Below are positions 39,305 to 52,954 of a stretch of DNA of 64,000 nucleotides, piece after piece. The translations under genes were made by a program, and so were the position numbers. The stretch is from Nageia nagi (taxonomy: Eukaryota > Plantae > Pinophyta). The DNA lies in assembly GCA_050084985.1 (NCBI GenBank), contig JBITNC010000001.1, positions 121,148,001 to 121,212,000 on the forward strand, written 5' to 3'. Every line of letters starts with the position of its first letter. The first letter of the stretch is position 1. The notes beneath the pieces were generated by a model that searched no databases, had not been told where the DNA came from, and saw only the letters and a list, made by a program, of their open reading frames with translations.

Positions 39305-40796
39305 ATTGTCCAAGCATCTTTGGCTATCTTGCAACCAACAATCTTGGAAAAAATGCTCCTATGAAGAGCTGCTTGGAGGTGAGACAAGGCAAGTTCTTGC
39401 TCCTACATTCCTTCCTGGTCTTCTCATTTGTTTAGTACTCCAATCCACAGGTTCTAAGTAGTCATCATCTGCTACGTCCCACAAATCTTTGCCAATGAGC
39501 AAAGTTTGCATTTTAATGCTCCAATATTCATAGTCACTTCCATCAAAGTCTGGAATATGAATGGATGAATTTGTGTTGCTGGCCATGATATTTGCAAACA
39601 AGAAACCAAAGACTCTACAAGCAACCTTTGCAATTGCCAGAAGCCATAAGCTTTCTAAAACCCAGCTCAGACCCAACAAAGCTCTGATACTAAATGATGA
39701 ATCCAAGAGGATTCAAATAAACAAATAATACTCTGAACAATGGAGTAATATTTTAAAACAATGGAGTAACTGAATAAGAATAATATTCTATTAATGAAAA
39801 ACGAAATTACATAAGATGAAGTTCAAGAATGAAGCTTCATACACTCTTCAATGGTGAGAGTTGCAAAACTGAAAAAAACAATACCATACATTTGTGAAAT
39901 CAAACTAGCTAATGTTACAAAGCATTCTAATCCCTAGTAACTGAAACCAACAACAAGCTACACTTGCAAGTACATTAGGGTGAGCTGAGAAACTAAAAGA
40001 AACACACAAAAACAAGTAAAAACGCCTTCAAGATTTGGAGTTACGAAGGCACTTTTCATTTGAGCCTAACTGGTGGGTTTTAGGCCAATTGGTCAGGTTG
40101 GATTGGTTGGATGGGAACTGGTTGGCAGATTTGGGGGCCGATCGGGTAGTTTCCTGTTGGAACTAGCCAATCTGCAAGCTAACGGTTGGGACTTGAAATG
40201 TGGAAGCTTAAAAAAGGAACTCGTTGCAAGTGCCAATTCTCCAATAATAGGATCACCAAAAATGGGGGCTACCTTCACAGACATAGGAAATGAAAAATAC
40301 AGAAAGTACATAGATACCTCATAAAAGTATCAATGGTGATAAAGAGGAGACAAATGTTTGTTATTCCCACTACATGAGAACATATACTTCCTATTTCAGC
40401 AATTTTCTGGATGAATTTCAAATTTGATTGCTCAGGCTTCCATGCATTGATTTATGATGTCTATGGTAACAAAATCATAGAGTAGACTGCATACTTGTTA
40501 GCGTATGCCCAATAGTTTTAAATAAATAATAAACTAGAGCCAATTGGTAAAGAAAATCATCTAGATTATTATTATGAATACAAGTAAAATTATTCCATAA
40601 AGCATTAATATCTTGATGTTTATACATATGAAGAACTTGGGTGGGGAAAAAAGAATGGACAAAAAACAAGTATGGTGAGTAAGCGAAATTTGGAGGAAGG
40701 GGCTTCCCCCCCCCCAACGGCCCAGTGTTCAAAGTTTTTTGAACCTGGAATGGTCGGCAATGTTCTTGCACCGTACCATGGTGGTCTCAGTTCTGG

Positions 40797-43510
40797 TGTT
40801 GTAGCCGGACGGGTAACATATTCAATTATGGATAATAGGGACTTGGTACATATTTCTCTAAAACTCTTAAGTTTTCGAAGGAAGGATGCGAAGTGTCAAA
40901 CCAACAAAGATAGCTCTTATGGGTCAATTCTCAACACCACAAATGAAAAATCAAGCTTGATCTATGCCTTAACCACTTTGTATATAGCTTACAAAAAAGT
41001 TATGCAAGAATACATCAATTTGCTCCTCTTTTACAAAAATTTCACTTTTTTTCACAAAATGAGCTCACTCAAATGAGGCCCTAGGCCTCTTATTTATAGA
41101 GATTTTGGGAATTTTTGTAAAAAAACCTAAAATACTAATGAAATGCTAATTTGAATGCTAAATTGAGATTACAATGTCATTTAATGGGATAAAACACTCA
41201 TCCCACTAAATATGCATGGAATAAACTATTTACAGAAATCGACACCCTCTCGAACGAATGTTGAGGCATTTTGCATCAATTTGGCAAAATTTGGAGCTTC
41301 AAATCACCATTCTGGATCTGCTCGTCATTCTTTTGAGCTCCTTTCTTTCAATCTGGATTTGCCCTTGATGTGATCATTTTGACAAATTTTTAGGCAATTT
41401 TGAGAAGATTTTCTGAAAAAGTGGATTTTGTTGGTTTATTTTTCAAAAGATAAAGGGGGGTGTTGATTTTGGAAAAATTTTAAAATGTGGTTTTGACCTC
41501 ATGGATGGGTGAAGGATACAATTATAAAGCATTGGGAAACTTTTGAGATGATTTGGGGTTTATGGTTGTTGGATTTGCTCATTTTTCTCTTGAGGGGGCA
41601 TTTTGGAGGCTCTATAAGGTTTTTGCACATTTGAAGTTTTCTATATTTTCTCTTTTCAAGCGAAAAAAGTAGAAAACATGCACCTAGGTGGGAGAGGTAG
41701 CAATTTTGATTATTTTGGATTATCCTTTAGCCAAGATGGTTCAAATCACATTGTGCTCATGCTCATGATTTCAAATTTGAATTTTGAAAAATGCCATTTT
41801 GCATGCTAGATAAGGTTTTGGGTTTTGGGTGCTTTTTGCATGCTAGACAACGGAAAAGATAGAAAACATGCTCTCCTTTTTCAAAAATTCCAACAGCCAA
41901 AGTGTTTGGATCTTCATTCTACACGTGATCTCCATTTTTTACTTTTTCTTCATTTTTTTTTCTTTTCTTGGAGAAGTGAAGCGTTTTAGTCTTAAGATCT
42001 TGGATCTTGAGAATTCTTTTGTGATTTTCTTCACTTTTATAGATCCAAACCATTTTTCTACACCATGGAAATGGGTAATCAAATCCATTATCCAAATTGA
42101 TTTCTAAAATTTTGGATCTTGACTTAAAAAAACTCAATTTTTTTCTCATTTGGAATTTTCTATTTTTGGAGAAGTGAAGGTTTTTAGCCTTCAAATCTTG
42201 GATCTTGAGAATTATTTTGTGTTTTTCTTCACTTTTTTAGATCCAAACCATTTTTCTACACAATGGAAATGGGTACTTGAATACATTATCAAAATTGATT
42301 TCTAAAATTTTGGATCTTGACATAGAAAAACTCAATTTTTTTTTCATTTGGAGTTTTCTATTTTCCCCAATTTGGAGGACAAATCCATGATTTTAGGGAG
42401 TTTTTCTTATTCAAATTGCACATTTCAAAGACCAAAATGGTGTAGAATCACACCATCTACCTCATAAACCTCAAAAATTTCGAATTTAAGCCAATTTAGA
42501 AGCTCCAAATTCTAGGTGCAGCTTTTCCAAGTTTTCTCAAGCTTGAGAAAAATGAGAAAAGGGGGAAAATGTGTGCCTACCTCCCTCTATCAAGATTTTG
42601 TCATTTTTCTCAAAATTTTCAAGCTCTATGCTCGTATCTTTGCCTTATCTTGATGCTCAGGTCTTCAAATTGCAAAAATAAATTTTGAGAAATTTTGGTG
42701 CATTCTCATTGGCTGCTCTCAATTCCTCTGTTTTATTTTTTCTCTTTTGAGGAAGATATATTTATCCATTTTGCAAATTTTAAAGACCAAAATGGTGTAG
42801 AATTGCATCATCTATGCTCATGCTAAAAATTTTCAAATTTGATTCAATTTGGGGGCTCCTTTTCGTAGGCCCTGATTTTCTAGTTTTTCTATTGCTTGAG
42901 AAAATTTAATAAACTTAGAAAACATGTGCCTAGCCTCCCCTTGCATATTTTTGCTCATTTTTTGGTCAATTTTGACATGCACTATCCTTAAAATAATGGA
43001 AATGGGTACTAAATCCAATCTTGAAACCATTTTTTAGCATGGGGTATTTTGCATGCTAGATAAGCTTTATAGCCTTTGATGACACCAAAGGCATGCAAAC
43101 CTGGGCCTAGCTCTCCAAGGAGCAAACTTGACCAAATCCTGAAAATTCCAAGCCTAAAGTTGTTTGAAATGGGGTCCTCTTCTAGCCTGTGTCTTCTGAT
43201 TCCAACTTTGGCAAACTCTGAAAAAGGACTCCATCTCCACTTATCCCATTTGAGACCTGAAAATCCTGTTTACTTGTGAACTCTCTGGATTCTAGCTCCT
43301 TGGCTGCAAAATTGGTGACTAGATGCTTTGATACTCTTCAGGGTCTTCATTGAATAATCTTTGTGAATTGCTCCTTGATATCATGTTTGCACTCTTCAAA
43401 ATCAATTATCCGTCGCCAAAAGCTAATCTCAAGGCAATACATCTCATTGCCTTTGCAAGAATAGGGTCCCCAAAATCTTGTATTTTGGGATTTGTTGTAT
43501 GAGCACAACA
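40797..43510 (-). mobile_element. Probable long LTR (Tat/Ogre-like); boundaries uncertain
   Basis: TGTTGT...ACAACA ends, CTATAAATAAGAGGCC on the - strand at ~41085-41100, internal repeats; no TSD found. Confidence 0.45.
41969..42364. repeat. Two-copy 198-bp tandem repeat
   Basis: Units begin TGGAGAAGTGAAG at 41969 and 42167. Confidence 0.88.
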
Positions 43511-43779
43511 GAAAGGTTATCCAACCCCTAGTTCATCGGTGGGCTTGTCATTGGTTTTATCCCCTTGTCTGCCATTATCCCCATTCTTATACTTTTCTTT
43601 TGTTATTTTTACTTTCTTTACCATCAAAAGTCTATACTTTCAATTGGTGTAAAACAACTCCAGTGCCCACAACAAACGTGGTTAATCGTTGTTATCTATA
43701 TTCTTCCACCGAATATTCCAAGTATAGCTACTGTGATAGTTGCATAAGACCTTTCATGATGCTAGAAACCTTGTAGTAA

Positions 43780-46700
43780 CCAGTCCTTTCAAGTAGGGGT
43801 TTGTAATGCTAATCAATGGAACAATGTTTTAACTGAATTGTCTTGACCTTTGCATGATGTCGAATCAAATGATACTTTGTGTTGATGTGCTTTGTTTGAT
43901 CATGAAGTTTAGGATTCTTGGCCAATTGTATTGCAGAAGTGTTATCAATTAAAAGTGGAGTTGGTTACACTTGTTTCTCATGCAAATCTTACAATATCTT
44001 CCTGAGCCACAAAATCTCCCTTATTACCTTTGCAACGGCCACATACTCTACCTTTGTAGTGGTATCTGCCGAAACATATTGCTTTTTTGACCTCCAAGAG
44101 ATAGTTGTCTATCCGAGACTCATGAGACATCATGAAGTAAAATTCCTTTCTCTTTGTCTCCATCAAATTTTGAATTTGAATATCCAATCAATTTAAAGTA
44201 TCTCACCTTAGAATATTTGAGCCCAAAATCTTGAGTTCCCTTCAAATATCCAAGGACTCTTTGCTACATTCCAATATCCTTCACACGGGTTTTCCATAAA
44301 TTGAGAAAGGATTCCAACCGCAAATGAAAATATTTGGTCTTGTTGTGGGTAGATAAATACACAATCACAGACCAAATGCAAATATACAATCACTTTAAGA
44401 TATAATAGGAACAGGACTGAATTTTTTGTCTTTCATACTTGCTTTTTGTTGAATATAGATGGCAATCACACCCAACACTACACAACAATAGAACACTACA
44501 ACTCGTATAAGCAAAGGCACAATCAAAGTATGCTAAACAAATCTCTCATTAAACTTGAGAACACACAAATATTGCTTACACAAGTAGACACATCACGGCA
44601 GGACCTTGGCTATATGCAGACAACTTCAAATCTGGTTGTATAAGGATATTGTGTCTTCAGATTCTGTATTCTGCTCTCCTCTAACATTGGTCCAAGCCCT
44701 GACTCACATTCCCTTTATTTCTGAGTGCAAATGGGTGTCCAAAACACTGAATCTTCAAACATGCAAGCACAAATACAGACCTTGAATAGATCTATCCTCA
44801 AATGGGTAAATAGTCTTCAGATCTCTCCTCCAACCTCCATTAGATCATATCTAATGGGAACTGTTCTAAAAAATCCTTAGCAAAATACTAAGGCCCAAGA
44901 GCATGCAAGCTCTCCAAGTTCTCTACCAAAATCAGCCCTCACCAAATGACCAGCTCTTCCTCTTATATAGCCTTGGAAGTCTTAATTTAAACCTCTTTGC
45001 CTTATAACAGTTACAAATCCTCTCCTATGGTAGTTACAAAAACATTAAATATTACCTTGAAATTTGACCTCATAACAGTTACTTTTGCCAAAATGGCAGT
45101 TACAAATAGTAGAGACATTTAATACCTTTTTTCTTGTCCCAAAACTATTCTAAATACATAACCAACTCCCTAAACACTTATACTAACAATAAAACTTCTC
45201 AAAACATACTAACCCACCCCTTCGAAGCCCAGAAACACAACAAAACATAAATTAAAATATTATGGGACATTACAGAGACTTCCTACAAGTTGTCTATATT
45301 TTGTAGCATCCTCAAATTGGTTCCCTTCAATTGATTTCAATTTTAATTTTTTTTTTCCATTGGAGTAGAGAGAGGATTGCAACCTGCCATGCCAAATTTA
45401 TTCAAAAACTCTCCAATGTACTTTTTTTGGGAAATAAAAATATACCTTGGTGTTTGAGTCACTTCAACACCCAAGTAGTAGTGAAGATGACCCATATCTG
45501 TCATTTCAAAGCCTTTCTTCAACTCTTGTTTCATGGATGCAATGTACCCTTTATTATTCCTTGTTATAAAAAGATCATCTACATACACCACAAGATACAT
45601 AACAATTTTGTCATTTCTCTTGACAAATAAAGTTGCATCATCAATATTAAAGTGCTCAAAATTGATCTTCAAAAGATGCTCAATAAGCTTTTCATACCAT
45701 GCACAAGGAGCTTGATGAGCTAGCATACCTTATGTTCTTGACCCTTCACTACAAATCCTTTTGGTTGTTTCATGTACACATTCTCTTTCAAATCACCATT
45801 CAGGAATGCGATCTTCATGTCTATTTGATGAACTTTCCAAAAATACTAAGCTGACATTGCCAACAAAGTGAAATAATCAATGTAGCACACTTAGCTTAGG
45901 AGTAAAAGTTTCATTATAGTCAATAGCTTCTTTATGTGCAAAACCCTCAGCTACAAGCCTTGCTTTATGTTTGTCAAGTGAGCTATCTAGTTTGTACTTG
46001 TTTTTGTAGATCCACTTGCAACGTATAGGTTTGGTTCCATATGGTGGATCCACCAACTTCCACGTCCCATTCTTGATAAGGGTATCATATTCCTTCTTCA
46101 TGGCTTCTTTCCATACATAATGAAAAAATGTTTTTTTAAAGGAAGTTGGCTTAAAATCAACATAAATATTCAATTCACAATCAAATTAACAATCCATATC
46201 ATCAACATCACTTGAATTTTCTACTGCTCCACCTTCTTGTCTAGCTTGAAAGGAACTCTTAGTTCTTATCTTCTCAACTTTATCAAGATGAACGCTCTCA
46301 AGTTATTTTGTGGCCCATTTTGGAATCTTTGGTGATGGATCAGGTTGTTCAAATGGTTGAGGAAGCACTACATTCACATCAAGACTCAACCTACCAATCT
46401 CTTTGATCACATCATCCAGCGGAACTTCTATATTTGATGAATTGGAAAGATCTTGTTGTGGAGGGGGGTGCTTGTTTTGTAGGAATTGATTCTTCAAGAA
46501 CTATAACAAGTGGTGTAGATTCCAAATGTTGATCCAATATAGAGATTCCCCTGTCAAGATTTGGAATCTCATAATCAACCTCAATGTAATGCTTTTCATA
46601 GGCAAACTTGTTAAGGGGATCAAGTTGTTGCTCAAGAGTCATGTCACTCTTCGAGCATTCAAGAAAAATCACATCCCTTGTAAAGAGGAATTTCTTGTTA

Positions 46701-47110
46701 ACCTTATCATAAAGCTTATAATTTTATAACCCTTGGTAGTATTAAAGCACCCTAAGAAAATGCATTTGTGACTCATAGCTTTAAGTATGCTTATTTGTTC
46801 CATAAGTATTAAAGCATAACAAGTGGAACCAAAAACCTTGAAATGCTTAACCGAATGAAGGTGGCCATACCACATTTCATAAGGAGTCTTATTATCAAGA
46901 GCATGAGAAGGACATCTATTTCTCAAATAGACTGCACACCGAATTGCATCACATCAAAACATCAACTTCACATTCTTAAAAAACAACACTGCATGAGCCA
47001 TATTCAAAAGAGTCCTATTCAGCCTTTTTGTTACACCATTTTGCTATGGGTTATATGGAACAATAGTTTGATGTTCGATCCCATCCCATGTTGGCTAAGA
47101 TATGTTTGAT
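43780..47110 (-). mobile_element. Degenerate Ty1/copia fragment C (integrase-RT-RNase H), related to copia A
   Basis: MRNRCPS..TPYEMWYG, KARLVAEGF, YVDDL; clear reverse-complement similarity to 4000-7250. Confidence 0.88.
44359..45274. mobile_element. Truncated LTR inserted in copia C
   Basis: Ends GGGACATTACA; interrupts the SLIYL codons; left terminus and TSD lost. Confidence 0.6.
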
Positions 47111-47449
47111 ACCAATGTGAATTTGTCCATTAACTCCAAGAAAAAGCATTGTATTAGATTAAAGATGAGAATAAATGTGACGTCCCATTTGGACCATTGA
47201 CAAAATGTGTCATGGTCACTTTGTAATCTAGTGTTTGTTTATGGTCTTGTTGTACATGTGTAACTTAAGCAGGAGCTTATGGTCTGTGGACCCCATTGTG
47301 AGCCCAGTAATAGGACATCTTCCCTTGAGTAGTGTTGTATTAGTTTGTAATGGGTTATCCCGGATTGTGGGAATCCCTAGATAAGCATGAGTCCTGTACA
47401 GTCCAGAGTGAGCAAAAGGATACACCAACGTTGGGAGGGCCCCACTTAC

Positions 47450-47670
47450 CCCACTTTGGCTTATGAGGTCACCTGGACCCCCACCTCAACTTGAGGAGGT
47501 CCATTAGACCCCACATCAACTTGAGGAGACCCATTAGACCCCATGCCATCCTTGAGGGCCTTTATGATCCCCACATTGGCACACTGGGCCCATGGGACCC
47601 CCACGTTAGCATATGGGCCAATATGACCCCCACGTTGGCATGGTTGATCTGTTGACCCCAACGTTGGAAT
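47450..47670. repeat. ~30-bp degenerate tandem repeat (CCCACGTTGG core) in the LTR
   Basis: About 8 units at ~30-bp spacing. Confidence 0.75.
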
Positions 47671-48478
47671 AGACTTGGCTTGGGATGATAACGAGGTATG
47701 ATGGATAGACACTGAGGCTATATATTGAGGATGGAGCTCCATGAGGAGGTTAGCTATTGATTATACTTCTATACGGAACCCGATCAGGCATACAAGTCTT
47801 GGCGATGCTGAGCATTATTCCTAGATGGTGTCTAGAGGAGTGATAGGGTTGGGAGCTGGCATTCTATGACTTAGGTGGGTTACCTAGTCCATTCGATAGT
47901 ATTCCAAGGGTGAGCTTCTACCTTTAGTGGTCACTAGGGTTCGAGGAGGCTCCTTCGCAGGAGAGGATTCAGAGTCTAAGGGAGTTAGTCTTTACTATGG
48001 TGTTCGGCTTGTACAAGGGTTTGAAACCCTAGATATGGATGTTGAGATTCTCATTGTACTTCATTGTTATTCCATGATATAATACAACTTGTGTCTCTCT
48101 CATCATTTTGTTATTCCCTTTGTATGCATGCGTTGTGATATACTGGTGTTGGAAGCTTGTTCTGGCTCAATATTGTGTTGTGGCCCTATCGTGGGTATTT
48201 TGTGTTGTCCATTGTTGTTGTGTTGCATTCGTGTGGTTAGCTTAGTGCTGGAGAAGCCCTAGGGGTTGATGTTAGCTTTGTGGGATCATTGTTTGGTGTG
48301 GTGTGTAGTGAGGAAGAACTAGGAGGCCCACGTTGGTGCATTGAGGTGTTTGTATGCTCTAGAGGCCAATCGTTGGGTGCTTGAGGGTAATAGAAGCCCT
48401 AGCTTGGTTTGTTTTTGCTGAGGGTGATTTTAGATCGTCACAAGTGGTATCAAAGCCAAGATCTTGCAGCCTAAGGGG

Positions 48479-50560
48479 ATGGAGGGCCGATCTACCATCA
48501 CAATGAAGAAGTCAGATTATGGTTCGAAGGTATTCTATCACTTGCTCCAAAGATTTGAGGAGGAAAAGATCCCAATGGAGGAAAGGAGGAAGCTCATTTG
48601 GTACTTGAGCGAAAGGCATGTAGAAAGGATGAGAAAGAAGAAGGGGAGGCCGTGCCTACCTAGACCAGATCCGGTGCACAAGGCACCGCCACGAGCTGAG
48701 ATCTTGCTCCAGATCTATTGTGGCATGACTGAGGAGTTCCAAAGAGATGTCACCTTTCATGTGTACCAAGACTTGCTGGGGTACAGGGTGAATGCATGGG
48801 ACAGGAACATCATTGGGGAGATCGGGACTAGCCTGACCCCAGCGTCCGATCCAGAGCAAGGTTTCAAGGAGGACGCAGCCCTGGATCTGAAGAAGAAAGC
48901 CAAACGAGAAATAGCACCCCGATCCATTGCCATGAGCCACAAACCGGAAGCAATTACGGAAGTGATCTCGGTGAAGAATGTGGATGCTACAATTCGGAAG
49001 GGAGCTATTAAGGGGGTATGCGTCTTCACATTGGCCAAGGGAGGCCCCATGTTGGACACTGGGGAGGCCAAGAAGCATCCGTTCGAGATCCAAGGCATCC
49101 TGGATTAATATTCGGACGTGTTTGAGGATAATGCCCTGGTTTAGAAAAAGAAGACAGAAGGAGAAGCCACGTTGTAACCTGAGGAGCCAGGAGGGGTTGC
49201 GTTTGTCATGGAAGAGTCCCCACACCCCACATTGCATTCCGAAGATCTTGGAGGGGGGACGTCAAGGATGGAAGAGCTCCTATGTCCTATGTTGCAATTT
49301 GAGGAGCATGGAGTATGCACAATTGGGTTGGAGGAGCCATCATGGTCTATGTTGGGCATGAGGAGGCCTAGGCATCCCACGTTGGAGGAAGAAGTGGCTG
49401 ATCACCCTACCTTGGGTCCGAGAGACCTTAGGGAGCCCACATTGAGCCTTTGGAGGCTTGGGCACCCCATGTCAGGATTGGAGGAGGTGAAGATTGCCGC
49501 GTTGAACCTTAGTAGGCTTATGGGATCCACGTTGGATGAGGAAGGAGTGGAAGATGTTGTGGAGAGTCCTTGGGCTCTTGGATACCCAATGCTTGGGACG
49601 GGGTTGATAAAACCTCTCACATGGAGCTTTGGGAGACTTGGACACCTCACGTTGGACCTTGAGAAGGTGAGGCAAGTCCTGTTGAGCTATGAGGGGGTAG
49701 GTCACCCCACGTTGAGCCTCGGAGGGAGATTCATGAATCTAGACTCTTGGAGAGATCGGACACCATGGATCCATAAGGATCTTAGCTTGGAGAATGAGCT
49801 TCTTGCTTTGGGAAGGTATGACTTGTTCTTCAATACAGCTTTGTTGATCACTAATCTTGTTCTTGGCATAAACAATTGCATACAGAAAAGAAGAGAGACT
49901 GTTGATAGCTACATCACTTGCACAACCATTGGAGGATTTCCTCTTACAGTTTCAGTCCACCAAGGAAATACTTGCAGCCATGAGTATGGAACATTCTGTT
50001 CCAAATGATCACTTGAGGTGTTGGAGGTATGCATGGTCTGTCCATTCAGCCTTGCTAGTTTCATATCTCACTTTGGAAGACAAAGGCTTTGGCAATGTCA
50101 CAATGAGAGTGATCATAGTATCATTGTTGGGAGGGCTATTGTTGCAGTGTTTTTGGTCACAATTGACATGATGATGCGGTCTGCATATGATGGTATGTTG
50201 ACTGATAAAGTCAAGGTTGCATTTGATGTTGCTGTCCACTCATTATGGGCTGCATTGGATGATGTTATGGTTGTTGCAAGAGGAGGAGCAAACATTAATG
50301 TTGTCATACATGGGACTGATTCGTTTGATGAATTTGAAGCTACTGTTCACATAGAGAAGGCTGCATTTGTTGACACTATTGGGGCTGCACTTGGAAGTGT
50401 ATTGGTTGCCAAGGTGAAGGAGGTTGTTGATGTATCATCTTGTGACAGTTTGAGGGCTACCAATCACTTACTATGGGCTGCATATGTTAGGGTCTTGGCT
50501 GATGATGATAGGGAACAACTATGTCAGCTTTGTGGGATCATTTTTTGGTGTGGTGTGTAG
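48479..50560 (+). pseudogene. Single ~690-codon reading frame with 4 stops and a 10-aa repeat block
   Basis: Track ORFs at 48464, 49208 and 50018 share one frame; HPTL-type repeats recur every 30 nt over ~49165-49715. Confidence 0.6.
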
Positions 50561-51366
50561 TGAGGAAGACCTAGGAGGCCCACGTTGGTGCATTGAGGTG
50601 TTTGTATGCCCTAGAGGGCAATCATTGGGTGCTTGAGGGTTTTGAAAGCCCTAGTTTGGTTTGTTTTTGCTAAGGGTGATTTTAGATCATCACAATAAAT
50701 ACAATATCAAAGTGACTATACGGATTCATCTTCATAGGTGACCTTTGAATTACACATAGATTCTTCATATGCACTTCCTTATGACTCCTAATATTCCACT
50801 AATCTCCTTCATACAAATTTACTATATTCAGTAAATATTACTGCTTTATTATAAATACCATAATTCTTAAGGATTAGGTGTCTGACAAAACCTCTCTATG
50901 CCTTGTTAAATACATGCAGAGAAATTTGTGAAATTGGAAAATGAAACAAATTATATTAGAATTTTGGTCTAAACAGTAGTTATATAGGGCTGTCTTGTTT
51001 GGCGTCCAGGCCTCTCAAAAGAGTCTTGGAATAAATTTGGAAGTGTATAAAATTGCTTCTTATTAGAAAAGCAATGCAAAAGGTGCAAACACCTTATTAT
51101 ATCATTTTGGCTGAAACAGGTATGTTACCCTTGCAAGAAGGAGCACACTGTCAATTTTGATGTACGTAAGCATACAATGCATGCAAAACACGTTATCAAG
51201 GTTCCAACTCAAGAGAAGGGTTGGTATCACAAAGGGATGAAATGGTTAACAAAATGCAGACCTCAATAGAATGATATACTTGAAAAACCATTGTCAATTG
51301 TAAAACTTGTTTAAGAAAGGTGATTGATATGCTTTGGTAGGATTCTAGTGAGAAGGAAGTTTCTAT

Positions 51367-51744
51367 CAAAGTTGTCACGGACTGGGGGACGGGGAAACGA
51401 GGGGATGAGTCCCCATGGACAGCGACTCGATTTTAGGGAATGCGAGGGGGACAACAAGTATATATACTCTAAAAAATATTCAGAATTTTCAGATTTAAGA
51501 AAAGTAGACATTAGATATAGTTTCAATGTTTCATTCATCATTAGCATTCATGATTCATCCAAGGACCAATTCAAATACAGAACTTGCTTTGAAAAAAAAT
51601 CTATAACAACTAACATACTAACAAGTAACATGTAACATGATTATATTTGAAAATCAGAAATCTAAATCATAAATGATAAATCAGAATGAGCCATAAATAT
51701 ATTCTAATAATCATAGTCAATCATAATGCCATTAAGTTTGAATA
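51367..51744. mobile_element. Truncated inverted copy of the hAT element at 4695-5521
   Basis: TIR CAAAGTTGTCA; reverse complement of ~5119-5521. Confidence 0.88.
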
Positions 51745-52954
51745 GGGCATCTCAGTGGGAAACGTTTTGACAGGTTACACGACATGGTTTCATCAGGAAA
51801 TGAAAGAGTTATGGCCTCTTGAAGTTCGCTAGTTGGAAAAATCTTCCATATCGTGGCCTCTCACGGAAATCCAGAAACATCTCCATATTGACCCTTGAAA
51901 TGTGACACTCACTCCTTGGGATAGGAATTAATTATGGATTATATTTAGGTGTGAGCTTGGTAATTAATAATAGATTTAGTATGTTTTATAAGGGACACTT
52001 GTATGAATTGTAATACATGATTCCAAGGCAATTAATAATTGTAAATTCAATATTAGTCTCCAATTATGAGGCGTTGCATATCTGGCCATTGGATCTTGTA
52101 ATTATTGGCATCCCTAGGCAGTGTTGGCATATGTATGATACCTAGAACACACCTAACCCCACATTTGGACATTTGAGGGCCTCTATGAGGCTAACGTTGG
52201 ACTAGGGGGTTGGAGTGATGATTTTTAGGTGAGATCCAGATTTAGGAATTGTTATATAAGGAAGATTAGCATCATTGCTGGATATAGAGAATTATTATTA
52301 TCATTGATACCGTCCAGAGGACAAGAGTCTTAGTGCAGCGCTAAGCAAACCCCTACGTGCAACATCTAGGAGGATTAGCAGGTTGAGGGATCCTGTTAGT
52401 CTACGACTTTGGTGTAGCACCCTAGCCCATCGGGTGGTATTCCGAGGTTGAGCTTCTACCTTCAGTGGTTTCTAGTATTTGAGGAGGGCTCCTTCGGTGG
52501 AGAGGATTCAGGTTCTGAGGGAGCAAGATTGTCCCATTCACCATCCGTCCATCCAGCAATTAGAGACACACGTTGTGCCCTAGTTGGCTCCTTGGAGGCC
52601 AATGTCTAGCCTGGGAGCTTGGTATTGTATCATTTATCACTCTATATCATTTATATAGCCATTGGGCACTTGGATCGCCATATTTGTCTTGTGTATGCTT
52701 TCCTACTGCAATGTTGTGGTTTATTTGTCCATTCATGCATGTATGAGCCAGACGTTGGCATTGTGAGGGTTTGAATATTGATATCTGCTAGTCTTGACCA
52801 GCCATTGGCATTATTGTCTTGTGTAAGTGTGTAATTGATGCCCTAACATTGTGAGGTAGTTGAAGCTTGTATTTGCACTTCTAGGCTAGACGTGGGTGTT
52901 TTCTTGGTTGAATTTGCTAATTTGCATTTGAGTTTGTAATTGGATTTTTACACA
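51742..52954 (+). mobile_element. 5'-truncated LTR related to 2447-3665
   Basis: Reverse-complement similarity to ~2900-3570. Confidence 0.8.

Larger units (their letters stand above)
33652..40246 (-). mobile_element. Ty1/copia element B with two LTRs and a largely deleted RT
   Basis: LTRs 33652-34178 and 39695-40246; TSD ATAGT/ATAGG; tRNA-iMet-type PBS at ~39680-39692; PPT 34179-34190; gag (FDGSDYEYW, CYYCNKYGHFEREC), protease DTDCSNHM, integrase, RNase H. Confidence 0.92.
47176..50694 (+). mobile_element. Non-autonomous LTR element lacking RT, RNase H and integrase
   Basis: Perfect TSD ATAAA; 5' LTR 47176-48442; PBS TGGTATCAAAGCC 48445-48457; only the last ~170 bp of the 3' LTR remain (50521-50694). 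Confidence 0.9.

Noticed and set aside
47104-47175. PBS-like TGGTATCAAA plus a possible LTR start beside the copia C integrase
   Set aside because: No matching second LTR found, so boundaries cannot be supported
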